Shown here in pieces: positions 52,892 to 64,000 of a stretch of 64,000 bases of DNA. The notes under the pieces are model-generated. The model did not search any database and had not been told where the DNA came from. It worked only from the letters and a program-made list of their open reading frames with translations. Position numbers and translations under genes: made by a program. The DNA is from Histomonas meleagridis 2922-C6/04-290x (taxonomy: Eukaryota; Protista; Parabasalia): the NCBI GenBank assembly GCA_020184695.1, contig JAANOX010000258.1:620001-684000 (forward strand). Direction: 5' to 3'. Position 1 is the stretch's first letter, and every line of letters begins with the position of its first letter.

Positions 52892-53776
52892 TCAGCGCTT
52901 CCAGTTACCAAAGTTAAATGTTGTATTACCAAAGCCGAATCCAGTTTGCTTTTGTTCCTCTTTCTTTTCCTTTGTTGAGTTTCCAAACAGATCTGATTCC
53001 TCATTCATAGTTTCCATTTTCTTCTTTTCTTGAGCCACAAATTGTTTATATTTGATCTCTATGAGCTGTGCGCAAGTTTCTTCAGTTGTTTTTTCATATT
53101 GCCTAAACATTCTCGGATCGATCTTTAATCGTGACGCAAGTTCGTCCTGCGTGGAAGCAAGCTTTTGTTGGAGCATTTCTACGCGCGCTGAGCACCTGAG
53201 CATAGCCTTATGTTGTTCCATGAGGAAACTGTAGTCTGGTGTTGATTGGTCGAATTGATTATCATTTGCACGCATGTAACTGCTATAAGTGGAAAGTAAC
53301 TGCGACACGTTCTCGGCCTCTTTCTCGATGTTTGTAACAAATGATTTGATGAAAGGACTTGGTAATGTCCTGAGATGAGACGCTTCATCAAAATGTCGTT
53401 TGGCGTCAACAAGGCTTTTCTTGCTCTCTGCGTAAAGCGATTTAACACTGTCGATTCGATGCGCTAATAATGTAAGATTGTTCTCAATGACCTTATGCGT
53501 ATTCTTCTCGAGAGCTTCAAATTTTGTTTGAATTTCCTCGAGATCTTCATGCATCTTCCAGTTAAATCGAATCGCATTCTTTCCAATGTCTGATGGAACT
53601 GTGGTTTGTGGTGAACCTTCTGTTTTTGCCTTGAGAATGTCTTTGACCTTTTTCATTGACACATAAACTGATACAAACTTGTCTAAGATTTTAGAAGGCA
53701 AATTGGTTACAAGCATTTGTTCTGTCATTTCAAATTCATCTTCGGGCTCAGGTTGATTTTGTTGTTGGCCAAACAT
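52892..53776 (-). CDS. Coiled-coil protein with terminal FG motifs (possible Nup58/Nup49-like nucleoporin)
   Basis: Begins MFGQQQNQ, has a helical core, and ends GFGFGNTTFNFG. Confidence 0.55.
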   Translation of the reverse strand: MFGQQQNQPEPEDEFEMTEQMLVTNLPSKILDKFVSVYVSMKKVKDILKAKTEGSPQTTVPSDIGKNAIRFNWKMHEDLEEIQTKFEALEKNTHKVIENNLTLLAHRIDSVKSLYAESKKSLVDAKRHFDEASHLRTLPSPFIKSFVTNIEKEAENVSQLLSTYSSYMRANDNQFDQSTPDYSFLMEQHKAMLRCSARVEMLQQKLASTQDELASRLKIDPRMFRQYEKTTEETCAQLIEIKYKQFVAQEKKKMETMNEESDLFGNSTKEKKEEQKQTGFGFGNTTFNFGNWKR

Positions 53777-53919
53777 GTTGTGTACGGAAATTCTCAAAAA
53801 TCATTCAATTTCTGAGTAAACTATTCAAAAAGTGGATAATGAAAGATAAATGATCGTCACCAAAGCGATAGAAAAGTGACTGGTAAAATTTTAGGATTTG
53901 TCGACCTGTACGGAAATTC

Positions 53920-55206
53920 AGAGTGGTTCCGACCAATTATTCTCACACAGACATCGAAGTAAAGTTAAAAATTTTGCTTAATGTTCATTCTTGTTATCCC
54001 CTTTTTTTGACTCTGAAGAGCTTTATTGTAAATATTTCATTAATTTATTAGAATCACTGCCAAAGCCGCTGCTTAGGTCTTTAAGTTTTTTATCTTATTT
54101 CTTTGTCCAAGCACAATATTTTCATCCATATTGATCTATTTTATGTCTTCTCTATAGAGAAGATGAGTTCAACGTAATGTCCTACGTGCTGCATACAGCA
54201 TCATTATTTTTATTATGTTTTTTTCCAGAAATTCCTTATTTCGTTCGTGAAGGCTTCGAATGATGGATCTTTCACAATTAAGTAAATAAACCTTTCAATT
54301 GAGTATGATAAACCATTCAAAATTTTCATAAAAAGTGTCATCAAGCTGTATAATTTATCCAAAATTAGTTATCCTGTTTCTGATCATTGTTTTTATGAAT
54401 TCGCTTTTGAGTAACCTAACAAAGTTAACCCTTTTTGTGGCATTGATAAATTTATATATAGAACCATGATTTCTCGCTTTTATTCTTATAACACCAAATT
54501 TAACGAAAAACGCAATATTCAAATCAAGTATGAATAAAATCGACCCTTTTTTTCTTTTTCATTTACAAATATGATTATGACGATGATTTCGTCGAAATGA
54601 TATCAAAGTTTCATTGAGATTCTTCTGCTGAGTTTCGAGAAAAAGTCGTTTAAATATGCATGTATAACATATTTTCTTCTCCCGACGATTATTTTTTATC
54701 CAAAAAGTTTATAAACGGCCGAATATTTGAATGATAAATCACGTTTTCAAACCGTCGTGCAAAATACTACTTTTTCTCGAAATTCAGCAGAAGAAATCTT
54801 TAAATATTTCAAATTGATAAAATTTAGTATATATAAATGCTCATATAAAATTTTTAAGAAAGAAAAAAAGGGAGTATCTAGGATCTTGATGATTATTTGG
54901 CATGTAAATTTATATAATAAATGTACTTTTTCTCAAAATCAATAATATTTATTTCATAAGGAACCTGATAGCATATTTAGCAATGTTATTGTGCATATCA
55001 ATATATATAAATAATCAAAAAATTATTTCATAATTTTTTGATCAAATTTCGAAATATTCAATATATATGGATAAAAGTCATATACACAAATAATCCGAAT
55101 CTAGCCAAATATCACTATAAAATTTTTTTAATATTTTAAGTGTATATGCTTGAAAAAGTAATTACAAATTTTCTGAAGGGACTTCTCCATAAGTCTGAAC
55201 CACTCT
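53920..55206 (-). mobile_element. Non-autonomous TIR element (MITE-like), copy 2, with 8-bp TSD
   Basis: Terminal AGAGTGGTTC / GAACCACTCT, flanked by GGAAATTC at 53912-53919 and 55207-55214. An empty-site copy lies at 53781-53828. Confidence 0.85.
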
Positions 55207-55559
55207 GGAAATTCTCAAAAATCATTCAATTTCCGAGTAAGCTATTCAATTTAAATTCCCGAATGCAAGGAAGGAAAAAGATCGAAATTTGCCTGATTTG
55301 GCTAGAAGCTACCGTCAAGGCAATCCAGCAAAGGAGAACAACATTCTACGAAGCGAGCAATCATGCCAGAGTTATCATAAATAGGGGAAAACATCTTCCT
55401 CGAATAGTGGCAACATAAAAAGTAAGTTTAGGGACCGTTCGAAAGGCGATCAACGGTCTTGATCTACGTATCACCATAGGAAGACAAAAAGTAGATATAT
55501 TAATAGCCAAATGATCACTAATATGATCTATCAAAAAATATCTATTGTCGTGATTATGT

Positions 55560-56800
55560 GTAGTTAGTAATATATCATTCGTAGAAATATTATTTATACT
55601 ATTTACTGTTATATTATCATTATTACTATAACTTATTGTACTTTAACCTTTTGCTTGAAAACTTAATGTACCGGTCATATAGCTCTAATCCTCCAAGTAT
55701 TATAATCATTATAATCATCTTTATAATGCATATTTATATACTCACCAACTTCCATGACTCCATCAGATTTAATTGTTGCTATTGCCGGGATTTATATTGT
55801 AGAATTAGAACCTCCGCCAATACTGTTTGAAATATCTGTTAAATATATTTGCCACCAAACTTCGATCAATAGCTGAATCATCATTAATTATTTCATGTGT
55901 TTGATCTTTTAATGAAAAATCACTGATAGAATAATCATTAATGGTTTCACTAACAACGAGGTCTCTAATGGTAACATTATTATTATCCTCATTAATTTTT
56001 ACGAATTGTTTATATAAGTCTAAAACTTTATTAATATTACTGAACATTTCAAGTATATAAGCATTTTTCATAATATTCTTTCCGGTAAGTATATCATCAA
56101 CTTCAATATTATAATTGATATACTTTAAATTTCTATCGCTACTGTCTAACGGTGATATTATAATATGATTTTATCTGTAAGTAAAAACAAAACTTTTATC
56201 CACACTATTTATTTGTAACCTACATATTCCATTTGTCAAAGTATCAGATGTTTTTGAGTGATTACTGTAAACAACACCATTTATATTCATTAACGCTCTA
56301 ACTATATTTTCTATTTTTTCGAGCTGTAAATTTGACATTATTATATAATAGAAATGTACGAAACTGAAAATCAATTTAACACGACTGCATCACAACTTCC
56401 AATTGAGGAAAATTATACAAATCTCGACAATGACCAATATGAAACACTTAATGAGCAGAACGGATATACCTTTCTCAACGTTGGTTAGAAAGTCCTTCAC
56501 AGAATAAAGCGATAGGTAAAATAAGACTTGATATTATTCCAACAACACATGTTATATCACTACGTTTTAATATAGTGAAACCAGAAAGTGTTTCAGGAAC
56601 GTTGCCATCGCCGAAGACAATGTCATTTTAAGTGATGGCACGAAATACTTTACTTGTAATATTAACAGGAATATGTAACGACTTTAATTCATTATTTACT
56701 AGTTATCGATTACAATATACTTATGACGATTGATGGATGTTATCATTATTATCTGATTATGTTGGAAGTGATGATACAGAATCAGTTCCCGCTAATATTT
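55560..56800. pseudogene. Decayed inverted paralogue of the 61974-64000 divergent gene pair
   Basis: MSNLQLEKIENIVRALMN (minus) versus MSNSQFEKIENIVRALMN (plus, 62810), and MYETENQFNTTASQLPIEENY (plus) versus MYKTENQFTTTASQLPIEENY (minus). Many stops. Confidence 0.85.
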
Positions 56801-57822
56801 TGATATTTGATGCTGCATCTACTAATATAAATATTAAAGAATTTTTACGGTTTCTTAATTAAGATGAAACTGATATTTATTATTTATCTAACCCTTAAAA
56901 TACGAAAGTATTATGTAATGTTTGAAACGAAGAATATATCGAATTTCATGCATCATTTTCTGATTAAAAAAAAAGATTTATCGGAATCAAAAGAAACTTT
57001 TACGAAAAGCACACACACACACACAGCGCTATGTGAGCTTCGTGCTACGCACTCGCTCCCACTCGCGCTACATAAACTAAAGGATGAACGGCTAAAATCG
57101 ATTGAATTATCATAAATCTGTTGGTTTTGATTGAAAGTAATAAAATATATTTAAATTCATGATGACATTTATATTTAAACATGCGTGAGGCATGAATCCG
57201 GCTGAGTTGTTGTTAATCCTATGTGGATTTTAGTGTTTTGTTGTTAATCCTATGCTACCTGATAACTTGATATACCAGGTAGTTACCAGGTAATATTGCG
57301 ATTAGCTAAAGGAAATTTAATATTGTTATGTGAGTTTCTCAAATCTTGTGAAATGACGTGAAAATCGTGAGTTTACGGGAGCTGCTAACTATAACGGATG
57401 AGTTGTTGTTAATGCTATGTGGAAAGTTGTTATTAACTGAGGTTGTGAATGTAAAAAGTACTGTTTAAAATTTCGAGGGTTAACTTTAACCAAAAAGTGA
57501 ACCCTCAACGAAACGGAGAAAATGAGCATTTTTTGAAGGCTTTAACGCAAAAAGTTGACGGTTGATTTATCGGAATGAATTTAATGTTAATTCTCTGTCG
57601 AAAGTTGTAAATTCTATGTGGATTTTAGTGTTTTGAACTTAAAAAGTACCGTTAAAATTTTGAGGGTTAACTTTAACCAAAAAGTGAACCCTCAACGAAT
57701 CGGAGAAAATAAGCATTTTTTGAAGGATTTAACGCAAAAAGAATATGACAAAAAAATAAATTATTTAAACTAAGTTTTTTAATAATCCGTAATGTTTTAT
57801 TAATTTTTATAACGTACTTGTA

Positions 57823-58137
57823 CTAAGCTCTATCGCTATATGAAGAAGTATTTTTTAGATTTTCTGACTGATAAACCCAACGGAGATTTGAAACGTGATT
57901 GTTTGAACGATTGTGATCTATATGATCTATAAAAGGTTTGTCATCAGGATTTGGAATAAATTGTAACGCAACGATACGATGCTTAAGATATAATTTTCTG
58001 TTTAATTTACATGCAATATAACCGGTAGTTTTAATTGAAAATTCTTTAATGACTTTTTTATCATTTTTTTGAATTTCATAAGGGTATTCTGTGTTAATCT
58101 CATAATTTCGGTTTACAACGCAAGTTTTCCAACTCAT
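57823..58137 (-). CDS. HNH endonuclease (HNH_3-type)
   Basis: HRIVALQFIPNPDDKPFIDHIDHNRSNNHVSNLRWV. Confidence 0.88.
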   Translation of the reverse strand: MSWKTCVVNRNYEINTEYPYEIQKNDKKVIKEFSIKTTGYIACKLNRKLYLKHRIVALQFIPNPDDKPFIDHIDHNRSNNHVSNLRWVYQSENLKNTSSYSDRA

Positions 58138-59126
58138 ATTTTATTAAAAATAAAAAATAAAATTTTTAAAATTAGCTTTAATTTTTTATTTTGTAAAATC
58201 ATCCGAAAAATGTAAATTTACTTCTGTTTCGTTGAGGGTTCAAAAAGGGTCACTTTTTATTTTTTTAACCCTCAGAAATTTTGTGTCACTTTTCGAGTGT
58301 CACTTTTTTTGTAAAGGTCGTTGGTTCGAGATACAGCACTATTGAATTTTTTATGGAACCACTTTTTTACAATTTCAAATAACATGTCTTTTCATAACAT
58401 TTCCGAAAAATTCATTTCGCATAACATGTTTTTTCATTTCATATCACATGTCAGTTGATGAAAAATTAACGTTCGTTAGTGATACGTTTACGAAAAATTA
58501 ACTGACGGAGAAAATGACGATGGATGAATTCGAACAACCGCTGAAAAAGTGAATTGTGAAAAATAAACTTTTTTTAACGGATTTCAAAAAATTTTTTTTA
58601 AACGTTTTCTGTTTAAAATTTAACGGAAATTAACGGACGGAGAAAATGACGGTTGAAGTTGTTGTAAAAAATATTTTGAATTATAATTTAATTTAATGGC
58701 AAATGTAAAATTTTTTGAATTGTCATTTAATTTGGTGGCAAAACGATTAATAATTAAATAGATACTGAAAATGTTGGCGGAATAGTGATTTGAATGAGTT
58801 CTGAAAAAGTTTTTAAAAGTATTGAAATCTTAAAAAAAAATCTGACACGCGTTTCTCGACACAGGAGCATTTTTTTTTCAATGTTGTAAAAAGTAAAGTA
58901 TTGAATTATTTTACAATGAAAAAAATTTAGGTGGTAATTGAACGTTAAGGATGAAAAATTGGCGGGCAAAAATGATATTTGAATGAGTTCAGAAAACAAG
59001 ATTTGAATGATGTTTTCAATTAGTGTCAAACGTAAAATTTTTTGAATTGTCATTGAATTTAGTGGCAAATGTAAAAAATATTTGATGACGAATTTTATGA
59101 CGGTGTTAATGACGAATAATAAAGTG

Positions 59127-59195
59127 AACGTTAAGGAAGAACGTTAGAGTTGAACGTTAAGGAAGAACGTTAGAGTTGAACGTTAAGGTAGAACG
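59127..59195. repeat. 26-nt tandem repeat GAACGTTAAGGAAGAACGTTAGAGTT (about 2.5 copies) in non-coding element DNA
   Basis: Directly visible. GGGAATCGAACGTAAG also occurs twice at about 59231 and 59272. Confidence 0.8.
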
Positions 59196-59905
59196 AGTAA
59201 AAAAAGTACAAAAATAAAATTCAATAGGTTTGGGAATCGAACGTAAGACATTAACAAAAAACGCACTGTACGGGAATCGAACGTAAGGCGTTCATTGAAA
59301 AAGTGAAAAACTGACATTGAAATTTTAAAATAAATTTATCTCGTTACATTATAGTTATTTTTACATGATTTACATATCAAACGATTTCTTGTCGTTTGTA
59401 TTTTCCGGAAACGTTATTTTTTCTCCTTCAAACTCTTTTGAAATTGCTATATTTTGATTACCAATATATGCATTTAATGATATAATTCTATTATCGATTT
59501 CTTCACGTTTCTCAACAAGTTCGTTTGTGATCTTCTTGACAATATCATTTCTGGCTTTCATAAATCTATTATTTAATTCTGCAGGAGCAATATTTACAAG
59601 TTTCTTTTCATTTGTTTTAGTAAGAATGTTATCGGTAAACTTTAAATTTACTGATTCAAGAAGTTTTAAATTCTTATCATAAAATTTAACGCCTACAAGA
59701 ATATTATTATGAAGTATAGGTTTTATTTGTTGGTTTGGCTATCTTCACTGTTGTATTATGATTATATTTAAAATCAACAGCGGCGTAAGGCGTCTTGGCG
59801 GAGCAAGACTTGTCTTGCTACTTATTTTTATATTCTGATATTAAATAATCTTGGAATGAATCCATTTATTAACGGTAAAAAATTTATTTTTATAAATAAA
59901 AAATA

Positions 59906-60805
59906 ATGCGAAAAATTTCTTTAAAAGAGGTTGATAAAAAATTTGATGAGATAGAAGAATTGTTTGATAAATTAGAAAAACAGAACAAAGAAATTTTAGA
60001 AAATGCTAAGATAAAACCCATTCATGAAAAATTTTTATTTGCTCAAAACGGAATAACTGCTTTTATAGCGCCGATGGGTTCAGGGAAATCATATCTTTAC
60101 GTTAAACTTGGAGCGAAACAAGAAGTATTATTTAACGAACCGTTTTTCGAACTAATAACTATTTGTAGTACATCCTCAAAATTTGATGAAACAGTAAATA
60201 CTTATAAAGAAGCAATAAAGAAAACGAAACTTGTTGCGATAAAAGATACTGATTTGTTAGACTGGATTAATAAATATATTCGGAGAATTTTAAAATATAA
60301 TTCTATCATTAAATATATCAATTCTGATTTTAAGAAAACGGATGAAGAAGTAGAAAGATTATTTATGAAATATAATTTGAATAACTCAAAGAAGAAATTA
60401 AAATACATTTCCGAGAAGTTAGCGAAGTATCAATGGAAAACTTATCCGCATAGATGTTTGTTGATATTAGATGATTTTGCTAATCATCCTTTGCTGAGAA
60501 GTAAAGAAACGGAGATGTCAAGATTACTTAAAAAACTCAGACACTTTAATATTAACGTTATCATTTGTGTGCAAACAACAAAAAGTATACCAAAAGATAT
60601 AAAAAGAACTTTATCAGATATTGTATTATTTAATGGAATTTCAAAAGATGATTTTTATGACTTAATAAAAGAAAGTCCTGCATCAATATTTGATGTTAAT
60701 AATTTATGGTCCGTTTATTCTAAACTTCAAAGTCCACACGCAACGTTTAGTATTCACATTAAAGCACGAAGAGTTATTATAAATCAAAAAATAAAAGAAT
60801 CTTAA
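59906..60805 (+). CDS. A32/FtsK-HerA-like DNA packaging ATPase of Maverick/Polinton type
   Basis: Walker A APMGSGKS, Walker B LLILDD, arginine-finger region LRHFNINVIICVQ. Confidence 0.85.
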   Translation: MRKISLKEVDKKFDEIEELFDKLEKQNKEILENAKIKPIHEKFLFAQNGITAFIAPMGSGKSYLYVKLGAKQEVLFNEPFFELITICSTSSKFDETVNTYKEAIKKTKLVAIKDTDLLDWINKYIRRILKYNSIIKYINSDFKKTDEEVERLFMKYNLNNSKKKLKYISEKLAKYQWKTYPHRCLLILDDFANHPLLRSKETEMSRLLKKLRHFNINVIICVQTTKSIPKDIKRTLSDIVLFNGISKDDFYDLIKESPASIFDVNNLWSVYSKLQSPHATFSIHIKARRVIINQKIKES

Positions 60806-60865
60806 GATTCGGAACGGCTCTCTGAGCCTGAGCTCCTTCGGAGCGAAACAATGTTTCATAAAAAT

Positions 60866-61601
60866 TCATTTTTGATTTTGAATCTCACCGACAAATAAAT
60901 CTTCATCCTGTATGCCTTGAACAGAAATTGTTATATACATTGGATTCAGTAAATGTACTTCGTGAAGGTTTGCGTCAACGAGTGTCAACTGTATATGTGA
61001 CAAATCATTAGAATTTATGTCAATTTCAAAATCAGCGTTTGATACAATAATCGGAAAATTTGCCGAAAAAGAGTTATTGATTCTAAGAACGATTTTTGAA
61101 ATGTTAATGGTTTCGTTTAAATTTCTATAAGAACTTTTTCCAACATTCGACAAAAGATATAATACTGGAGTTGATAAAGTATTTCCGACTGATTCAGCGA
61201 ATATTTCAAAGGATCCTTTGGGATCCCCGGCGCCAGAGCGCCATGTATCTGTACCATTAAGGCTCTCAGAGCCGGGTGCAGGGCACCATGTTGATGGTAT
61301 AGGAAGAATTTGTGAGTATAATCCTGATATTTGAATTATATTATATGAAGCATTATTTATTGTAAAGGCATTTGAAGAAGTAAATACAATTCTACCGGCT
61401 TCGTCGACTTCAGACGTAACGCCTGATTCTTGAATTAATAAAATCATCTTTCTCAATAACAACAATAGAACATTTAGTCGTTAACGATGTTACAATCATT
61501 TTTGCTTGACGTGTTGGCGGTGACGGTAAGTTTACGTCAATTCTATTGTAATGTTCAGCGTCGTAGGAAGAAATTGTATAATCAATTACTGCATTATACA
61601 T
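60866..61601 (-). CDS. Minor capsid (penton)-like protein with one frameshift near 61430
   Basis: The C-terminus HIQLTLVDANLHEVHLLNPMYITISV resembles Polinton minor capsid termini. Two overlapping ORF-track pieces join with a 1-nt shift. Confidence 0.5.
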
Positions 61602-61973
61602 TTTATATATTGTAAAAATTTATGAATAACATATATAAAAAATTCAAGGGTTAAAAAATCACAAAAAGTTAACCTTTCAGTAACTCGAGCAAACATGCAA
61701 TATTCATGTCAAATCATTCGAAAAACGCTAATTTACTCGGATTCGTTGAGGGTTCACTTTTTGGTTAAAGTTAACCCTCAAAAATTTAATGATACTTTTT
61801 TAACATTTTAATTTATGTAAAATGTTTTTTATTGGTGTTTGGATGTGTGTTATTGGAACCATTTACGTTTTAAATTCAATCGTAAATACAATGATAAAAA
61901 TATATGTTGTATTTAACGAAGAGGAAGGAGATAAAAAAGAAATCCCTGAAGATATTAAAAGGTCACTTTACTC

Positions 61974-62793
61974 TTAAAGTACAACAGTTTTTCTGTAATT
62001 ATAAAGAAATACTAATTGAATAATAAACCTGCAATATTTCGGATAAATATTATTTTTACCGTTTGTTGTAAATCTAATGTTAAATGTTGAGCCATCAGTT
62101 GGCGCGTTATATAATACAGTAGGTTTTTCATAAAAATCACCTTTGATGCCAATGAATCGTCTCTTCGAATCACTAAATGAAGCATGAAATTCTAAATACT
62201 CTCTGTTCCAAACATTATTAAAAGTCATTACTTCCGTTTGAGTTGACAAATAACTTATACTTTCTGACGTTACATCTTGATTTAAGAATTTCAAAAAACT
62301 TTCTAAATTAGATGTAGTACTTCCTGAATCAACAATCGCAAATTTTGCGACAAGATTTTGGCTTTCATCCGAGCCTACATAAGTACAAGCAAAATATAAA
62401 TTGCCTGAGTCTTCGTATTCATAAGATAATCTATAACTCGCAAATGAATTATTAAAACTATTACAAATTGACGTTAAAATTTCAAATAAAGTATTTTGCG
62501 CCATAACTTGAATTTTAATGATACGTGGATTAGGTGAAGAACCACTGACGCTTTCAGGTTTAGTTACTTCAAACTGTAATGAGAAAAACGTGAGCGGTCG
62601 GCGTTATATCTAATCTTCTTATGCCAATAGCTTTATTCTGTGACGGAGACTCTAACCAACGTTGAGGATAACGGAAAGTATAACCATTTTGAGGATTTAA
62701 TACTTCATACTTATCTAAATCAAGATTTGTATAATTTTCTTCAATCGGTAACTGAGACGCAGTTGTTGTAAATTGATTTTCAGTTTTATACAT
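61974..62793 (-). CDS. Element-encoded hypothetical protein with one frameshift near 62585
   Basis: The two ORF pieces connect through SLQFEVTKPESVSGSSPNPRIIKIQV after a 1-nt shift at a T-run. A paralogue lies at 56354-56800. Confidence 0.6.
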
Positions 62794-62809
62794 TTTTATC
62801 TTATTAAAA

Positions 62810-64000
62810 ATGTCAAATTCACAGTTTGAAAAAATTGAAAATATAGTTAGAGCATTAATGAATAAAAACAGTGTTGTATACAGTAATCATTCAAAAACAT
62901 CTGATACATTATCAAATGGTATATGTACATTACAGATAAATAGTTATGACAAATCATTTGTTTTCACTTACGGAAGAAATCATGTTGTAATATCACCGTT
63001 AGATAATAGTATAAAAAATTTAAAGTATATCAATAATAATATTAAAGTTGATGATATACTTACTGGAGAAAATATAATGAAAAATGCATATATAATTGAA
63101 ATGTTCGGTAATATAAATAAAGTATTGGATTTATATAAACAATTCGTAAAAATCAATGAAGATAGTAATAATGTTTCAATTACAAATTTAATTATTGATA
63201 CCATTAATGGTTATTCAACAGATGATTTTGCATTAAAAAATCATACACATGAAATTATTAATAATGATTTAGCTATTAATGGAAGTTTAGTTGCAAACAC
63301 CATTAACGGATATTATATTTCAAACAGTATTGAGGAGGTTCTAATTCAACAGTAAATATTCCATCAATCGCGACTATTAAATCAGATGGATTCATGGAAG
63401 TCGGTGAGTATATTGTTTTTCATTATAGAGATGATTATAATAAAGATAATACGTGGAGAATTAGAGCAATAACCGATACATTAAGTTTTCAAGCAAAAGG
63501 TGGAAGTACAATTAGTTTTAATAATAACGGTAATATAACAGTAAATAGTATTAATGGTATTTCTACAAATGATATATCACTAACGACGCATAATCACGAC
63601 GACAAATACTCTCCGTTAAATCATATTCATAGTGATTATCTAACTAATGCTAACTTAGAAAGTATTAATCATAAATTAACAGGAATATATTATAATGAAG
63701 AAACAATTATCAATGAAGAAGAAGAAGAGGATATTACTGAAAAATATACTTTAATAAATCAAGATCTTATAGTTAATGGTACGATTAATGATATTAACAC
63801 AGAAGAAATAGCTTTAGTTCGAGACGGAATTTTATCTACCGGAGACGTTATATCATTTGAAAACGGAGTCAGTATATCAACTTATGATAATACTACTGAT
63901 GAAGGAATTACTGAAAATAATTTATTAATAAATTTTCCTAATGGTAATAGTATCATGTTAGAGGATAGCGGACATACTTATGGTATAATTAATAATGATG
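62810..64000 (+). CDS. Fibre-like protein with H-x-H motifs, one frameshift near 63331, running off the window
   Basis: KNHTHEII, THNHDDKYSPLNHIHSDY and SDGFMEVGEYIVFH. The frame stays open from about 63335 to the window end. The paralogue reads ATT GGC GGA GGT where this copy has lost 1 nt. Confidence 0.6.

Larger units (their letters stand above)
55560..64000. mobile_element. Maverick/Polinton-like (virus-like) region continuing past the window end
   Basis: A32-like packaging ATPase, minor-capsid-like gene, HNH endonuclease, fibre-like gene, short GC hairpins and inverted duplicated arms. No polymerase or integrase is visible in the window. Confidence 0.75.

Noticed and set aside
55251-55560. 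Possible Tc1/HTH transposase remnant
   Set aside because: Too short and broken to assign.

Overview
AT-rich eukaryotic DNA from a parabasalid (trichomonad-type) protist, standard genetic code. The assignment rests on a Trichomonas-type histone H3, a hydrogenosomal succinyl-CoA synthetase beta with an MLSTSFSR leader, TCAYT initiator elements, BspA LRR genes and DUF3447/ankyrin genes. Housekeeping genes (PH-AGC kinase, PTB-like RRM protein, GRIP golgin, DnaJ, RPSA, RPL8, tRNA-Val, Dbf4-like, PEMT, nucleoside hydrolase, H3) are interleaved with mobile DNA: a Merlin/IS1595-type element with TIRs and TSD, a broken MULE, two copies of a MITE-like element and a Maverick/Polinton-like region at the right end. 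The main discovery concerns four DUF3447-ankyrin genes (7.5-8.4, 19.0-21.1, 32.8-36.8 and 42.2-44.6 kb). They look like pseudogenes, but each ankyrin beta-hairpin loop is interrupted by arrays of 17-nt AT-rich, non-GT-AG inserts that alternate with single 3-nt codons. By hand count there are about 111 inserts and 83 single-codon cassettes, none of them a stop. Removing the 17-mers restores consensus loops (KDNNGWTAL, KDRYGNTAL, KDKNGITAI, KDLWGETAF) and, in one gene, a continuous frame through 15 loops into a C-terminal UBR zinc finger. This points to an RNA- or DNA-level precise-excision system, possibly one that diversifies the loops, that I do not recognise as described. The mechanism and whether excision actually occurs cannot be seen from DNA alone.
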